Source: a virus. Taken from it: DNA of 42,177 nucleotides. This document shows, one piece after another, positions 1 to 7,926 of this stretch. Both the position numbers and the translations under genes were made by a program. The notes under the pieces were generated by a model. It searched no databases, was not told the DNA's origin, and saw only the letters and a list, made by a program, of their open reading frames with translations. Where the stretch lies: the IMG/VR virus record IMGVR_UViG_3300045988_151631; one strand, given 5' to 3'. How positions within the stretch are numbered: the first letter of the stretch is position 1; the number at the start of each line of letters is the position of its first letter.

Positions 1-99
1 CTTGCTACTTGTCGCCCGAAGAGATTAACACCGCTTGTCATTATGCGTGGCTTAATACACCGCAGGGAAGGAGGGGAACGAATGGAGAAGAAAAAAAAC
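1..99. repeat. Terminal direct repeat, identical to 42079..42177 (overlap of a circular molecule)
   Basis: Base-by-base comparison of the first 99 nt with the last 99 nt shows identity. Confidence 0.95.
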
Positions 100-134
100 A
101 CACCGCAGGCGCGGTATGCAAAAAAATATTTAAA
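1..134 (+). CDS. 3' end of the FtsK/SpoIIIE-like ORF that starts at 41037 and crosses the circular junction
   Basis: Reading frame of 41037.. continues through the overlap (codons from base 3) to TAA at 132..134. Confidence 0.7.
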
Positions 135-267
135 AAAATACATGCTCGAATTTAACACGCGCACCGATGCGGATATATTAGAATTTTTTCAATCTGTGCC
201 GAACAAAAGACAGCTTCTTTTAACGCTGCTGCGTGAAGAAATGGAAAGGGTAGAAAATTCCCGCTAA
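82..267 (+). CDS. Small basic DNA-binding protein, ribbon-helix-helix/Arc-like (61 aa)
   Basis: ATG at 82 preceded by AGGAGG. The track ORF 43..267 has an upstream start without SD. Lys-rich N-terminus then helical segment. Function is inferred. Confidence 0.55.
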   Translation: MEKKKNTPQARYAKKYLKKYMLEFNTRTDADILEFFQSVPNKRQLLLTLLREEMERVENSR

Positions 268-291
268 CATTAGTTAGCGGGTTGTTTTTTT
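260..291 (+). terminator. Rho-independent terminator
   Basis: CCCGCTAAC-ATTA-GTTAGCGGG stem followed by TTGTTTTTTT. Confidence 0.75.
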
Positions 292-388
292 GCCCTTTTT
301 TCACTTGTTTTTTTGACCCTCTGTAATCGCCTACAAGCCATTTTTATTTTTAGGTATAAACTTATATTCTTTTATTTCAAATGCTTGT

Positions 389-540
389 TGTGCGTTACCC
401 TGTGGATTGCTGTGTGCTTTTCTACCGTTAGCATGTGGCACGGTGTGCTTTCCATGGGTGCTCACAATATTGCCACGGTTTCAGTGTCGCCGGGGGTGTG
501 TCCCCTGTGCTTTGCTTTTTTCGTCCCGGTCCGATAACCC
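389..540. other. GC-rich structured noncoding block with TGTGCTTT motif at 413, 444 and 506 (variant TGTGCGTT at 389)
   Basis: Motif copies spaced 31 and 62 bp. Nested stems GTGGCA/TGCCAC (434/469) and GGGG-tgtgt-CCCC. Only weak ORFs here. Confidence 0.5.
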
Positions 541-615
541 CAAAAATGTAAGTACGCGATTTTTCGATTTTTTCAAAAATGTAAGTACGCGATTTTTCGA
601 TTATTTGAAAAACGC
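541..615. repeat. Two exact 29-bp direct repeats (CAAAAATGTAAGTACGCGATTTTTCGATT) with 33-bp period plus a degenerate third copy
   Basis: Copies at 541..569 and 574..602, partial copy about 603..615. Each unit contains AAAAAT..ATTTTT dyad. Confidence 0.85.
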
Positions 616-674
616 TTGCCGTCATTGGCAAGGTGTGATATCATAAAAACAAAGCATGATTGGAGAATAAAAAA

Positions 675-1277
675 ATGGATATAATTCATATAGATGTCGC
701 CTCTTATGACAAGCTTATGAATTGGCAAGAAGAAAATCGCGAACTCGTCAAGGCGATTGCACCATATAACAAGTTTTATTTTCAGCGGGCGGAAGTTGTT
801 TTCGCAGATTTGTTCGACTCTTATATTGTCGGTTATTTCGATTTCAAGCGCGATTTGTTGCGGCTTCGGATTAAGCGAAATAAAAAACAAATCGTCAATT
901 GCCATATTGTGCCAAAGCCTGATGACTTTAATAATGACTACGGAATATATTTTGATTTAACGGCTAACGATGAAAGCCTATCATATGAGGACACTTGCAA
1001 TGTTATTCAGATTGTCGCCAATACTTACATTGCTTACAACGCGTTGCTTATATACGGCAATCTTGTTGACGGCTCATCCATAACCCCGAGAACAAGAACA
1101 GAGGGCGGCGACAAGCATTACTTCGTAAGAGAATACGACAACAAGATTTACGCTGTTTCCTCGCACACTCACCGCTCACCCGAAGGTGTGTTCAGCGTTC
1201 GTGGGCATTTTCGTAAGTACAAAAGCGGTAAGGTGATATGGATTGACGAATATTTAAAAGGAACAGACGAAAAATAA
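675..1277 (+). CDS. Hypothetical protein (200 aa), basic C-terminal motif HTHRSPEG..VRGHFRKYKSGKVIWI
   Basis: ATG 675 with GGAGA SD (track start 660 is TTG without SD). Followed by a terminator. Confidence 0.75.
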   Translation: MDIIHIDVASYDKLMNWQEENRELVKAIAPYNKFYFQRAEVVFADLFDSYIVGYFDFKRDLLRLRIKRNKKQIVNCHIVPKPDDFNNDYGIYFDLTANDESLSYEDTCNVIQIVANTYIAYNALLIYGNLVDGSSITPRTRTEGGDKHYFVREYDNKIYAVSSHTHRSPEGVFSVRGHFRKYKSGKVIWIDEYLKGTDEK

Positions 1278-1280
1278 AAA

Positions 1281-1309
1281 AGGCAAGGATTGCTCCCTGC
1301 CTTTTTTTC
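1281..1309. terminator. Bidirectional terminator between convergent genes
   Basis: AGGCAAGGA-ttgc-TCCCTGCCT stem flanked by A-run and T-run. Confidence 0.7.
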
Positions 1310-1311
1310 TT

Positions 1312-1527
1312 TTACTTTTCGCTTTTAACAAAGTCCGCAAATCGCTTGTATTTGGCTATTTCACGGCAGGCGCGCCGCCAAGTGCGGTAAACACTTGACT
1401 TGTCAACACCGAGCTTGTCTGCCGCTTCTTTGAGCGTTTCGCCGTTGCTTATAGCCTTATACACGGCAGCTTGCTTGCTCGTCAATAGGTTGTCGGCTAT
1501 GTACTCATTCGTTCGGTTGTACTTCAA
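1312..1527 (-). CDS. Small HTH protein, sigma-70 region 4/LuxR-like (71 aa)
   Basis: LTSKQAAVYKAISNGETLKEAADKLGVDKSSVYRTWRRA resembles region-4 HTH. Last gene of the minus-strand early operon. Confidence 0.65.
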   Translation of the reverse strand: MKYNRTNEYIADNLLTSKQAAVYKAISNGETLKEAADKLGVDKSSVYRTWRRACREIAKYKRFADFVKSEK

Positions 1528-2014
1528 TTTCTGTCACTCCTGCATCAGCTTCAAGCAGCTTTGTTATTTCATCGTTTGATTTGGCTTTTTCAAGCAAGGT
1601 CTGCGCGGGTTTTATGGCGTGCTCTATTTCATCTTTAAAGCCGTAGTTGTTCTTCAAGTTGAATATTGCAATAGCCGGATTAACATTGCCGTTGAGCGAC
1701 CACTCGGTGAGAAGTGCGAGCAGTACCCCTTCTAACCTTGCCATAGATTGTTTGCGGCGTTCGGATATACCCATTTCGCCCCGTTGCCAAGCATCATATA
1801 TCGGCTTGCCTATGCCGCAAGCGGCGCAGAAGCCCTCTCTCGTTGGGCGTAGCTCCTTTTCTTCGCAAAACTCGAAATATTCCACAATGCGCTTTTCAAA
1901 GGCTTCATCGTCTTTGTCGCTTGCCGATATGATACTCCATCCGAGCAAGTCCTTGTACTTGCCGACTGTTTCCGCCATATATTGACGGCGCAGGCTCTGC
2001 GAATATGACGGCAT
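1505..2014 (-). CDS. terS: Terminase small subunit (candidate)
   Basis: 169 aa. YFEFCEEKELRPTREGFCAACGI HTH-like segment and AIFNLKNNYGFKD motif typical of Gram-positive phage TerS proteins. Confidence 0.6.
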   Translation of the reverse strand: MPSYSQSLRRQYMAETVGKYKDLLGWSIISASDKDDEAFEKRIVEYFEFCEEKELRPTREGFCAACGIGKPIYDAWQRGEMGISERRKQSMARLEGVLLALLTEWSLNGNVNPAIAIFNLKNNYGFKDEIEHAIKPAQTLLEKAKSNDEITKLLEADAGVTEIEVQPNE

Positions 2015-2397
2015 TAACGCACCACCTCTTTAAGCTGATTTATAACTTTTTTGACTTCTACTAATATCTCGGCGGTAGTCCATTGCTTGCCACCTTTGCG
2101 TGGCAAGTCGGCGTAATAGTCATTGCCGTGGGCGTAATCCCAACCTATCCAACGGCCTTGTTCCGTTCGCATATCTGAATCAATAATTAAGCCGTCCGAA
2201 TCGTATGTTATATCGCCGTGGCAGTCTATATCTGCATTATTCACGCTTTCGTTTTCGTGTAATTTTACATAGGCACACGGATGTGTGAAGTATGAGATTA
2301 TGCGGTATTCATATCCGTTGTAAGTACCGCCCGCCAACACTTCACTCGCGCCAAACTCCTGTGGGATTTTATATTTCATTTCTTTTGCTTCTTCCAT
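2014..2397 (-). CDS. Hypothetical protein (127 aa)
   Basis: Tightly packed ORF in operon, 1-nt overlap with next gene. Confidence 0.75.
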   Translation of the reverse strand: MEEAKEMKYKIPQEFGASEVLAGGTYNGYEYRIISYFTHPCAYVKLHENESVNNADIDCHGDITYDSDGLIIDSDMRTEQGRWIGWDYAHGNDYYADLPRKGGKQWTTAEILVEVKKVINQLKEVVR

Positions 2398-2400
2398 TTT

Positions 2401-2622
2401 TTACCTCACTTTTCTGCGCCTTGTAGGGCATTGATATTTACGATGTTTTTCTTTTGCTTTTTCGTGCTCGCGCAGGCAATGCCACGAACACAACAGCCTT
2501 TGATTGTTGGAATATTCGCCTGCTTTGTATGCCCAATTCGTGCGGTCATTGCACATAAAGGTGTTGCCGCATATCGGGCATTTAAAAATATTTTGATAAA
2601 CTTCTCCGTTCCTCACAATCAT
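2401..2622 (-). CDS. Small zinc-finger protein (73 aa)
   Basis: CPICG .. CSWHC cysteine pairs, operon context. Confidence 0.7.
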   Translation of the reverse strand: MIVRNGEVYQNIFKCPICGNTFMCNDRTNWAYKAGEYSNNQRLLCSWHCLREHEKAKEKHRKYQCPTRRRKVR

Positions 2623-2626
2623 ATCG

Positions 2627-3037
2627 TTACCTGCCTGTGCTGCCGAAACCGCCGTTGCCGCGTTCTGTTTCCTCGAATTTCTGCACCAAGCAAATGTTCG
2701 GAATGCTTATCTGCATAACAACAAGCTGAGTGATTTTGTCGCCGCGCTTAATGGCATAATCCACATTGGAGTGATTGTATAGCTTAACAACGATACTGCC
2801 TGTATAGCCAACATCAATTACGCCCTCGCTTGTTATGCTATATTTTACATTCAGTCCGCTTTTAGACTTTAAAAAGCCGGCTGTGTTTGGCGGCAACTCA
2901 ATATGTACGCCTGTATCAATGCTGATGCTGCCCTTTGCAGGAACAACCGTATCAATCGGTGATAACAAGTCAAGTCCTGCATCTGTTGCGTGTCCTCTTG
3001 TTGGCATTAAAGCCTTTTTGTCTAACATAATGTTCAT
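2627..3037 (-). CDS. dut: dUTP diphosphatase (trimeric dUTPase)
   Basis: Motifs ATDAGLDL, GVIDVGYTG, RGNGGFGSTG. ATG 3037 has GGAG SD and ATGA overlap with upstream stop. Confidence 0.88.
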   Translation of the reverse strand: MNIMLDKKALMPTRGHATDAGLDLLSPIDTVVPAKGSISIDTGVHIELPPNTAGFLKSKSGLNVKYSITSEGVIDVGYTGSIVVKLYNHSNVDYAIKRGDKITQLVVMQISIPNICLVQKFEETERGNGGFGSTGR

Positions 3038-3246
3038 TTGTTTAACTCCTTTTCGTTCATGTTTTCTCGTAAACAAAGGTCTTGCAGTTTGCTAAAGCAC
3101 GCCTCACACATATCAAGTTTTCTCAGTTCAATTTTGGGAGGGCTGAAAAAAGATATATATTTTCTATAGCGCTTAAATTCGTATCTTTCCTTTGCTTTAG
3201 TGATTTCTTTGTGGCATATATCACATTCAATTATTTTGCGTTTCAT
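3034..3246 (-). CDS. Small zinc-ribbon protein (70 aa)
   Basis: CDIC .. CEAC pairs. Confidence 0.7.
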   Translation of the reverse strand: MKRKIIECDICHKEITKAKERYEFKRYRKYISFFSPPKIELRKLDMCEACFSKLQDLCLRENMNEKELNK

Positions 3247-3658
3247 CTTCTTGTTCCCCTTTGTCCGTGTCTATTATTTCTATAAGTGTTAAAAATTCTA
3301 CACCAACTTCGTTAACATAAAAGGTTCTTATTTCATTGCCTATCAAGATTTCAAAGAATGTATCGTGTTTTTTCACAAACTCCATAAATAGCATTCTTCC
3401 ACCCTCGGTATTTACTCTAACTTCAAGCATTATATTCATTGTTGTTCCGTAATTAAAGATATTATCGACTTTAACTACTTTGAGTGGCAAGCCTTTGTAC
3501 GATACAAAACTATATTCTCGGAATTTCAATATCCTTTTGAGTTCTGAAATTTTACCTTTCATTTCTTTGTTTTCAATTTTTAATTTCTTATTGTCACCGG
3601 AAATAATCCCTATTTCTATTACCGCTAATAAAAGCAGTCCTGCAAGAAAAGCAATCAT
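3227..3658 (-). CDS. Membrane-anchored coiled-coil protein (143 aa)
   Basis: N-terminal hydrophobic helix MIAFLAGLLLLAVIEIGII followed by Lys/Glu-rich helix. Confidence 0.7.
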   Translation of the reverse strand: MIAFLAGLLLLAVIEIGIISGDNKKLKIENKEMKGKISELKRILKFREYSFVSYKGLPLKVVKVDNIFNYGTTMNIMLEVRVNTEGGRMLFMEFVKKHDTFFEILIGNEIRTFYVNEVGVEFLTLIEIIDTDKGEQEDETQNN

Positions 3659-3664
3659 AACTTT

Positions 3665-4348
3665 CTATCCTTTTTCTTTCACCTCTGTATTGCAATCTTT
3701 GATAAATTTCTCGTATTCCTCTGTTGTCATTTCTGTATCTTTGCCGTAACGAACACGATTTAATGCAACATCAAAATCGTAACAATAATTTGCAAGTACA
3801 ATTTTCGCTTCTTCTTTGGCTTTTTTTACACACATATCAATATAATCTTGCTCCGTCATATTCCAATCTGTAGGTGCATCAACTACTGTTGAAATTCTGC
3901 AATATAAGCCGTTAGGTTGCTTTGCTATTAGTCCTGCCATTATTCTTTTAACTCCACCAATATGTATTTGCCGTTCTTTGTCTTGGGTTGTTTCATTGCT
4001 AATCTCCTTTAGTTTTGATTCTGCTTCCTCTTTTGTAAAAAACACTACTTTGCCCAACATTAAGTCAATTCGAGTTTTGTATGTGAGTCTTCCAATAGGT
4101 GAAGAAATATACTCAATTTCAATCCACTCTTGCGGATTTGTGAAATAGTTATATTCAACTCTTGTTACTGTTGCTTCGCATATTTCATTTGAACTTCTAT
4201 GTAAAAACCACACTTTTTCCCCAACATTGAGTGTCGGTTCAATAATGCGTGATTTGTCTTTAAAACTATTACACAGTTCAGGTTTCCAATGCAATTGTTT
4301 CATAAGCTCACAGCACACATTGTAGTGGTAACAATTTTTACAAGTCAT
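3665..4348 (-). CDS. Hypothetical protein (227 aa), Cys-rich N-terminus
   Basis: Long ORF in operon, ends in TAG. Confidence 0.8.
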   Translation of the reverse strand: MTCKNCYHYNVCCELMKQLHWKPELCNSFKDKSRIIEPTLNVGEKVWFLHRSSNEICEATVTRVEYNYFTNPQEWIEIEYISSPIGRLTYKTRIDLMLGKVVFFTKEEAESKLKEISNETTQDKERQIHIGGVKRIMAGLIAKQPNGLYCRISTVVDAPTDWNMTEQDYIDMCVKKAKEEAKIVLANYCYDFDVALNRVRYGKDTEMTTEEYEKFIKDCNTEVKEKG

Positions 4349-4524
4349 ACATTTTCTGCCCCCTCGCTCATCTTCTCAATAGTTTCAATAATTTTATCTC
4401 TTGCGGCTTTTTTTGCCCTGTAAATTTCCCTGCAATTATCAGCAAAATACATCAATTTATATGCCTTATCGTCCTCGGCTTGTTGCTCGTATATAGCAGT
4501 AATTAAAACATTTTCGTCAATCAT
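4345..4524 (-). CDS. Hypothetical protein (59 aa)
   Basis: ATG 4524 with GAGGTG SD and ATGA overlap with upstream stop. Preferred over track start 4563. Confidence 0.65.
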   Translation of the reverse strand: MIDENVLITAIYEQQAEDDKAYKLMYFADNCREIYRAKKAARDKIIETIEKMSEGAENV

Positions 4525-4865
4525 TGTGTCACCTCGTCCATTTTCGCACCACAAACAGGGCAATAATTGTAAAGACTACTATCGTCATCAAAACAATCAG
4601 TATATCCACAAGCAGAACACTTACAATCCACATATCCTAAATCGCCTCCGACTTCTACCCAATGAGCGTGTCGCTCTGTATCTGCTTTTGGCAAACTCAG
4701 TATTTTTCTTTTTGCCGTTTCAAGTAACAAATCAACATAATCATTGATTGTTTTTGCCAATTCTCTGTTTTCTTGTCCTCTACCAATTACACAGAAGCAC
4801 TTAACATCTAAACTATCATTAGATATTACTTTTATTGCTTCTTTTCTATCAATCAAATCATCCAT
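4521..4865 (-). CDS. Hypothetical protein with C-terminal zinc ribbon (114 aa)
   Basis: ATG 4865 with GGAG SD. CKCSACG .. CPVCG. Confidence 0.7.
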   Translation of the reverse strand: MDDLIDRKEAIKVISNDSLDVKCFCVIGRGQENRELAKTINDYVDLLLETAKRKILSLPKADTERHAHWVEVGGDLGYVDCKCSACGYTDCFDDDSSLYNYCPVCGAKMDEVTQ

Positions 4866-5097
4866 TATTCTCACTCCAATCTAAAGCCTGTCCGCAATAT
4901 CTGCAATAAGGACTTAACTCGGCGAATGTTTTACAAGTTGGGCAGACTACTTTATTTAATATTTTATTCACTTTTTTAGGTATTTGTTTTTCAAGTGCTT
5001 CTATTACGATGTTCATTTCTTCTACCGAACACATATTCGTGTAAGCGTTTTCAGCTAAATTCTGAACGAAGTTGTTTTTTACTTCTTGTATTGTCAT
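4858..5097 (-). CDS. Small zinc-ribbon protein (79 aa)
   Basis: CPTC .. CRYCG. Confidence 0.7.
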   Translation of the reverse strand: MTIQEVKNNFVQNLAENAYTNMCSVEEMNIVIEALEKQIPKKVNKILNKVVCPTCKTFAELSPYCRYCGQALDWSENNG

Positions 5098-5339
5098 TCT
5101 TCTACCTCGCTTTCAATCAATTTTTCTACTTCTTCAATACTCATACTTCTGATTTTTTCATAGTTTGGCATTGCCTCGCTATTCAAATATTCAACAATAC
5201 CGCTAATACAATCTCGTTCCGTTGCTATCGGTGAGCATTCTCTTTGAGAACAATACCTGCACCCTTCCTCAACTTTATCAAATATTTCTTTTGCCATTTC
5301 CTCAACACTCATATTTTTAATTTGCTCATAGTTTGTCAT
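5094..5339 (-). CDS. Hypothetical protein (81 aa) with internal duplication of an M(T/P)NYE(Q/K)I(K/R).MS.EE motif
   Basis: Motif at residue 1 and at about residue 57. The same N-terminal motif starts the next gene. Confidence 0.7.
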   Translation of the reverse strand: MTNYEQIKNMSVEEMAKEIFDKVEEGCRYCSQRECSPIATERDCISGIVEYLNSEAMPNYEKIRSMSIEEVEKLIESEVEE

Positions 5340-5704
5340 TTTGATACCTCCCTAAGAATTTCGGAATATTCTTCAAATACATCACAGTAATTTTTTGCTT
5401 CGCATTTTTGGCATTCTGTAATATCAACGGTATCGGTGATACAGTGTAGCCCTAACTCTTTTACGAGTGCCAAGCGGTCTTTTGGGTTCATCCAATCCAT
5501 TTCTTTTTTGCCTTTTTGGTAATATTTGTCTATTAAAGGTACTCTGTGAGCAAATAATTCGCAGTAATCTTGCTCACAGAAATAATCCATGTGCGAAAAA
5601 GCATAATACTTAGCCTTTCCTGCTGTTTCTGCAAAAACTATAGCAATACATTCTTCATCGGAAGCTCTAACCTCATATGCTTTCATTTTTTCATAGTTTG
5701 TCAT
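5336..5704 (-). CDS. Hypothetical protein (122 aa)
   Basis: ATGA-coupled ORF in operon. Confidence 0.75.
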   Translation of the reverse strand: MTNYEKMKAYEVRASDEECIAIVFAETAGKAKYYAFSHMDYFCEQDYCELFAHRVPLIDKYYQKGKKEMDWMNPKDRLALVKELGLHCITDTVDITECQKCEAKNYCDVFEEYSEILREVSK

Positions 5705-5847
5705 TCTTGTACCTCGATATATTCAAGCGCAGCTCTTCTGCCTTTTTGCTCTCCATCAGCGAAAAGACAACATTCATCAATTGTTACGCTTTTAACATTG
5801 TCGATGATTTGTTCGTTTTCACCCATTACTTTATATTTCAGTTTCAT
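5701..5847 (-). CDS. Small hypothetical protein (48 aa, not in ORF track)
   Basis: ATG 5847 preceded by GAAAGGAAAAA. Stop overlaps the next ATG (ATGA). Confidence 0.5.
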   Translation of the reverse strand: MKLKYKVMGENEQIIDNVKSVTIDECCLFADGEQKGRRAALEYIEVQE

Positions 5848-5862
5848 TTTGATTTTTCCTTT

Positions 5863-6102
5863 CTATATTTCAGTTGTAAAGCCGTTTTGCAAAAGCCATT
5901 GTTTAGCTTCTGCTTTTTGTTTTTTTGTACTTGCATCGATGTGGTATATACATTTGTAAACCGTTGCCCAAAAGACTTTATCTATTTTTGCGTATGGCAA
6001 CCCGTACTTTGCATAAAATGCAAGTATTTTCTCTTTGTCTAAACTCAACAAAGCCTTGTCTCGGTCTTTTGTGAATTGTTCGATGTTATAAATGCTTTTC
6101 AT
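5863..6102 (-). CDS. Hypothetical protein (79 aa)
   Basis: Operon ORF. Confidence 0.7.
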   Translation of the reverse strand: MKSIYNIEQFTKDRDKALLSLDKEKILAFYAKYGLPYAKIDKVFWATVYKCIYHIDASTKKQKAEAKQWLLQNGFTTEI

Positions 6103-6293
6103 TTTTCCGCCCTTTCTTGTAATTCTGCTATGTTGTTAAGTATGTAAAACACACACGGTATTGCTAAACTATTACCGAGCATTTTATATCTGTTCCCGTC
6201 ACAATCAAGCTTGTTATACCACTTGATTAACTGTTGTTTATTTGGTGCTTTATATTGTTTATTACGAATCTTGCACAATTTCCTCTTGCTCAT
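6099..6293 (-). CDS. Orphan C-terminal fragment of a C5 cytosine DNA methyltransferase (64 aa)
   Basis: RYKMLGNSLAIPCVFYIL resembles Dcm motif X (R.K.LGNAV.VP). No motif I-VIII upstream. Confidence 0.5.
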   Translation of the reverse strand: MSKRKLCKIRNKQYKAPNKQQLIKWYNKLDCDGNRYKMLGNSLAIPCVFYILNNIAELQERAEK

Positions 6294-6682
6294 TAGTTAA
6301 ATGTTTGTTGTTTTTTATTTTCATTCTTGTTTAACCACCATGCTCTCGCTTTTGCTTTTTCTCGGTCAAGGAAAACCTCATCAAGGGAAAAAACCATACC
6401 GTCAAAATTGTCAAAATTGTATATCGCTATTTCTTTGCCATTATATAAAAAACAAGTAACTTTCCGCTCGTCAACAAAGAAATTATCGTATTTTCCATGC
6501 TCAACTTTTTGTGCGATGATGTAAAAAGTGTCATTTATTCCACACGGAAGCGTTATCGTTCTTTTATTTATCTGCTGTTCAAGTGCTAAAATTGCCATTT
6601 CCTCAGCTCTTCGAGCCTTTTTTGAAAGCCCAAATTGATGTTTTCGCTTGTTAAAGTAATTCAATGCTTCTACATTAGTCAT
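6293..6682 (-). CDS. Hypothetical protein (129 aa)
   Basis: Operon ORF. Confidence 0.75.
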   Translation of the reverse strand: MTNVEALNYFNKRKHQFGLSKKARRAEEMAILALEQQINKRTITLPCGINDTFYIIAQKVEHGKYDNFFVDERKVTCFLYNGKEIAIYNFDNFDGMVFSLDEVFLDREKAKARAWWLNKNENKKQQTFN

Positions 6683-6903
6683 TATTCTACCTCCTCAAAC
6701 CACTTGATAAAATCATTTACGCAATCAGAGCATAAATCAAAAGAACGGGAAGAATTCGTGCCGTATATATCTTTGAAACATACGCCTATGCCACAGCTCC
6801 TTAGAGCGCATTTGTTGATTTTTTCTGAGTTGTTGAGCAAGGCTTTACTTTTGCTGTTATCGTCATAATAACAGCCGCACCTATCACATCGTTTTGCATT
6901 CAT
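6682..6903 (-). CDS. Small Cys-rich zinc-finger protein (73 aa)
   Basis: CDRCGC .. CSDC. Confidence 0.7.
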   Translation of the reverse strand: MNAKRCDRCGCYYDDNSKSKALLNNSEKINKCALRSCGIGVCFKDIYGTNSSRSFDLCSDCVNDFIKWFEEVE

Positions 6904-6930
6904 TTTTTATTATTCCTTTCTTTAGTTGTG

Positions 6931-7049
6931 GTCGATGTCTGCTTACTAACACTAAGTGACGGTGACAAGTAGCCTACTACCGCCCTTGTCATAAAATCAC
7001 TACTGATTACACTCTATGCCGTTTTAATGTTAGTGAAGCAGCACATCGC
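6931..7049 (-). ncRNA. Candidate structured RNA element in a 148-bp intergenic gap
   Basis: About 19-bp closing helix (6931..6951 with 7028..7049, two bulges) enclosing a hairpin GACAAG/CUUGUC whose loop GGCGGU can pair with the adjacent ACCGUC (pseudoknot). Confidence 0.4.
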
Positions 7050-7051
7050 TT

Positions 7052-7369
7052 TTATTCGTTTATTTTTTTGATTGCCTTGTCAACTTCTCTGACGAATTTA
7101 TCAGCCATTTCGTTGCGTTCCTCAATGGTGAAGTCGCCGCCTTTTTGATTTTCGTCATAGTCAATATATGACAAGGTGATTATTTTGTAGTCTTCCTCGT
7201 CTACATTCCACCCTTTCGGGTGAATAGTCACGCACACGCAATTGGTGTGTGGCGAGAGTGTAACAAATACTTCTTTTTCAATGTTCGTGTTCAGATTGAC
7301 TTTCATTGCTTCGCAACACAGTTTGTTGATTGCTTGTATTATCTTGTCTTTGTATGTCGGACAATTCAT
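7052..7369 (-). CDS. Hypothetical protein (105 aa)
   Basis: Operon ORF. Confidence 0.75.
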   Translation of the reverse strand: MNCPTYKDKIIQAINKLCCEAMKVNLNTNIEKEVFVTLSPHTNCVCVTIHPKGWNVDEEDYKIITLSYIDYDENQKGGDFTIEERNEMADKFVREVDKAIKKINE

Positions 7370-7383
7370 TTTTTAACTCCTTT

Positions 7384-7923
7384 CTATACCTCGTTTCCCC
7401 AACAATCCCAACCATCGGCTTGTTGTCGGGCAAATAGTTCTATTGCAGTACCCACCCCGCATAATTCCATTATGCGGTTTCTTGTTTCGGGCGGCTTTGT
7501 TGAATGCGTTGTAAGCGGTGCAATAAGCAATTGGCTAACCTTGGCGGACTTCCTTTTAGGCTTGCCCTTTGTAGCTATCAGGCAAGGCTCTGTGTTGCCT
7601 CGTGTCCATCTGCCAAGTCCAAAAAAGAAGCCTTGCATATTATGATTTAGCTTTAGCCATTGGAAGCCTATTGTTTTATACTTGAAGCCCCACGCTTCAA
7701 TCAGTTCCAAAGCTTCTTTAAGCTTCGGATATGTGGCCCAAAGAAACAAAACGCAGTCCTTGGCCGCCAAGTTCTCAATAGGAAGCTTTCTCAATTCCTC
7801 AACGCTCATTGTGCTGTATTGCTTTTCCGCCGCACCTTGACAACCGCTGTCATCGTATTTCCATGGTGGGTCGGCGTATATAATGTCATATTTACGGTCG
7901 GTGTTGAAAATGTCAATTTTCAC
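7384..7923 (-). CDS. MT-A70 family N6-adenine DNA methyltransferase
   Basis: DIIYADPPWKY (DPPW motif), size 179 aa typical of phage MT-A70 enzymes. Confidence 0.85.
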   Translation of the reverse strand: MKIDIFNTDRKYDIIYADPPWKYDDSGCQGAAEKQYSTMSVEELRKLPIENLAAKDCVLFLWATYPKLKEALELIEAWGFKYKTIGFQWLKLNHNMQGFFFGLGRWTRGNTEPCLIATKGKPKRKSAKVSQLLIAPLTTHSTKPPETRNRIMELCGVGTAIELFARQQADGWDCWGNEV

Positions 7924-7926
7924 GCT

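Noticed and set aside
43-81. Longer N-terminus (start at 43) for the RHH-like gene, and longer starts for several track ORFs (660, 3076, 4563, 4874, 13795, 14929, 18026, 18661, 19434, 19364, 32307, 40681)
   Set aside because: In each case an internal ATG or GTG has a proper GGAGG-type SD and/or a stop-start overlap with the upstream gene. The extended start has neither.
541-615. Short repeat arrays as CRISPR arrays (541..615, 15539..15571, 30433..30511, 12826..12895)
   Set aside because: There are only 2 to 3 units, with spacers that are absent or shorter than the repeats. There are no cas genes, and two of the arrays are inside coding sequence.
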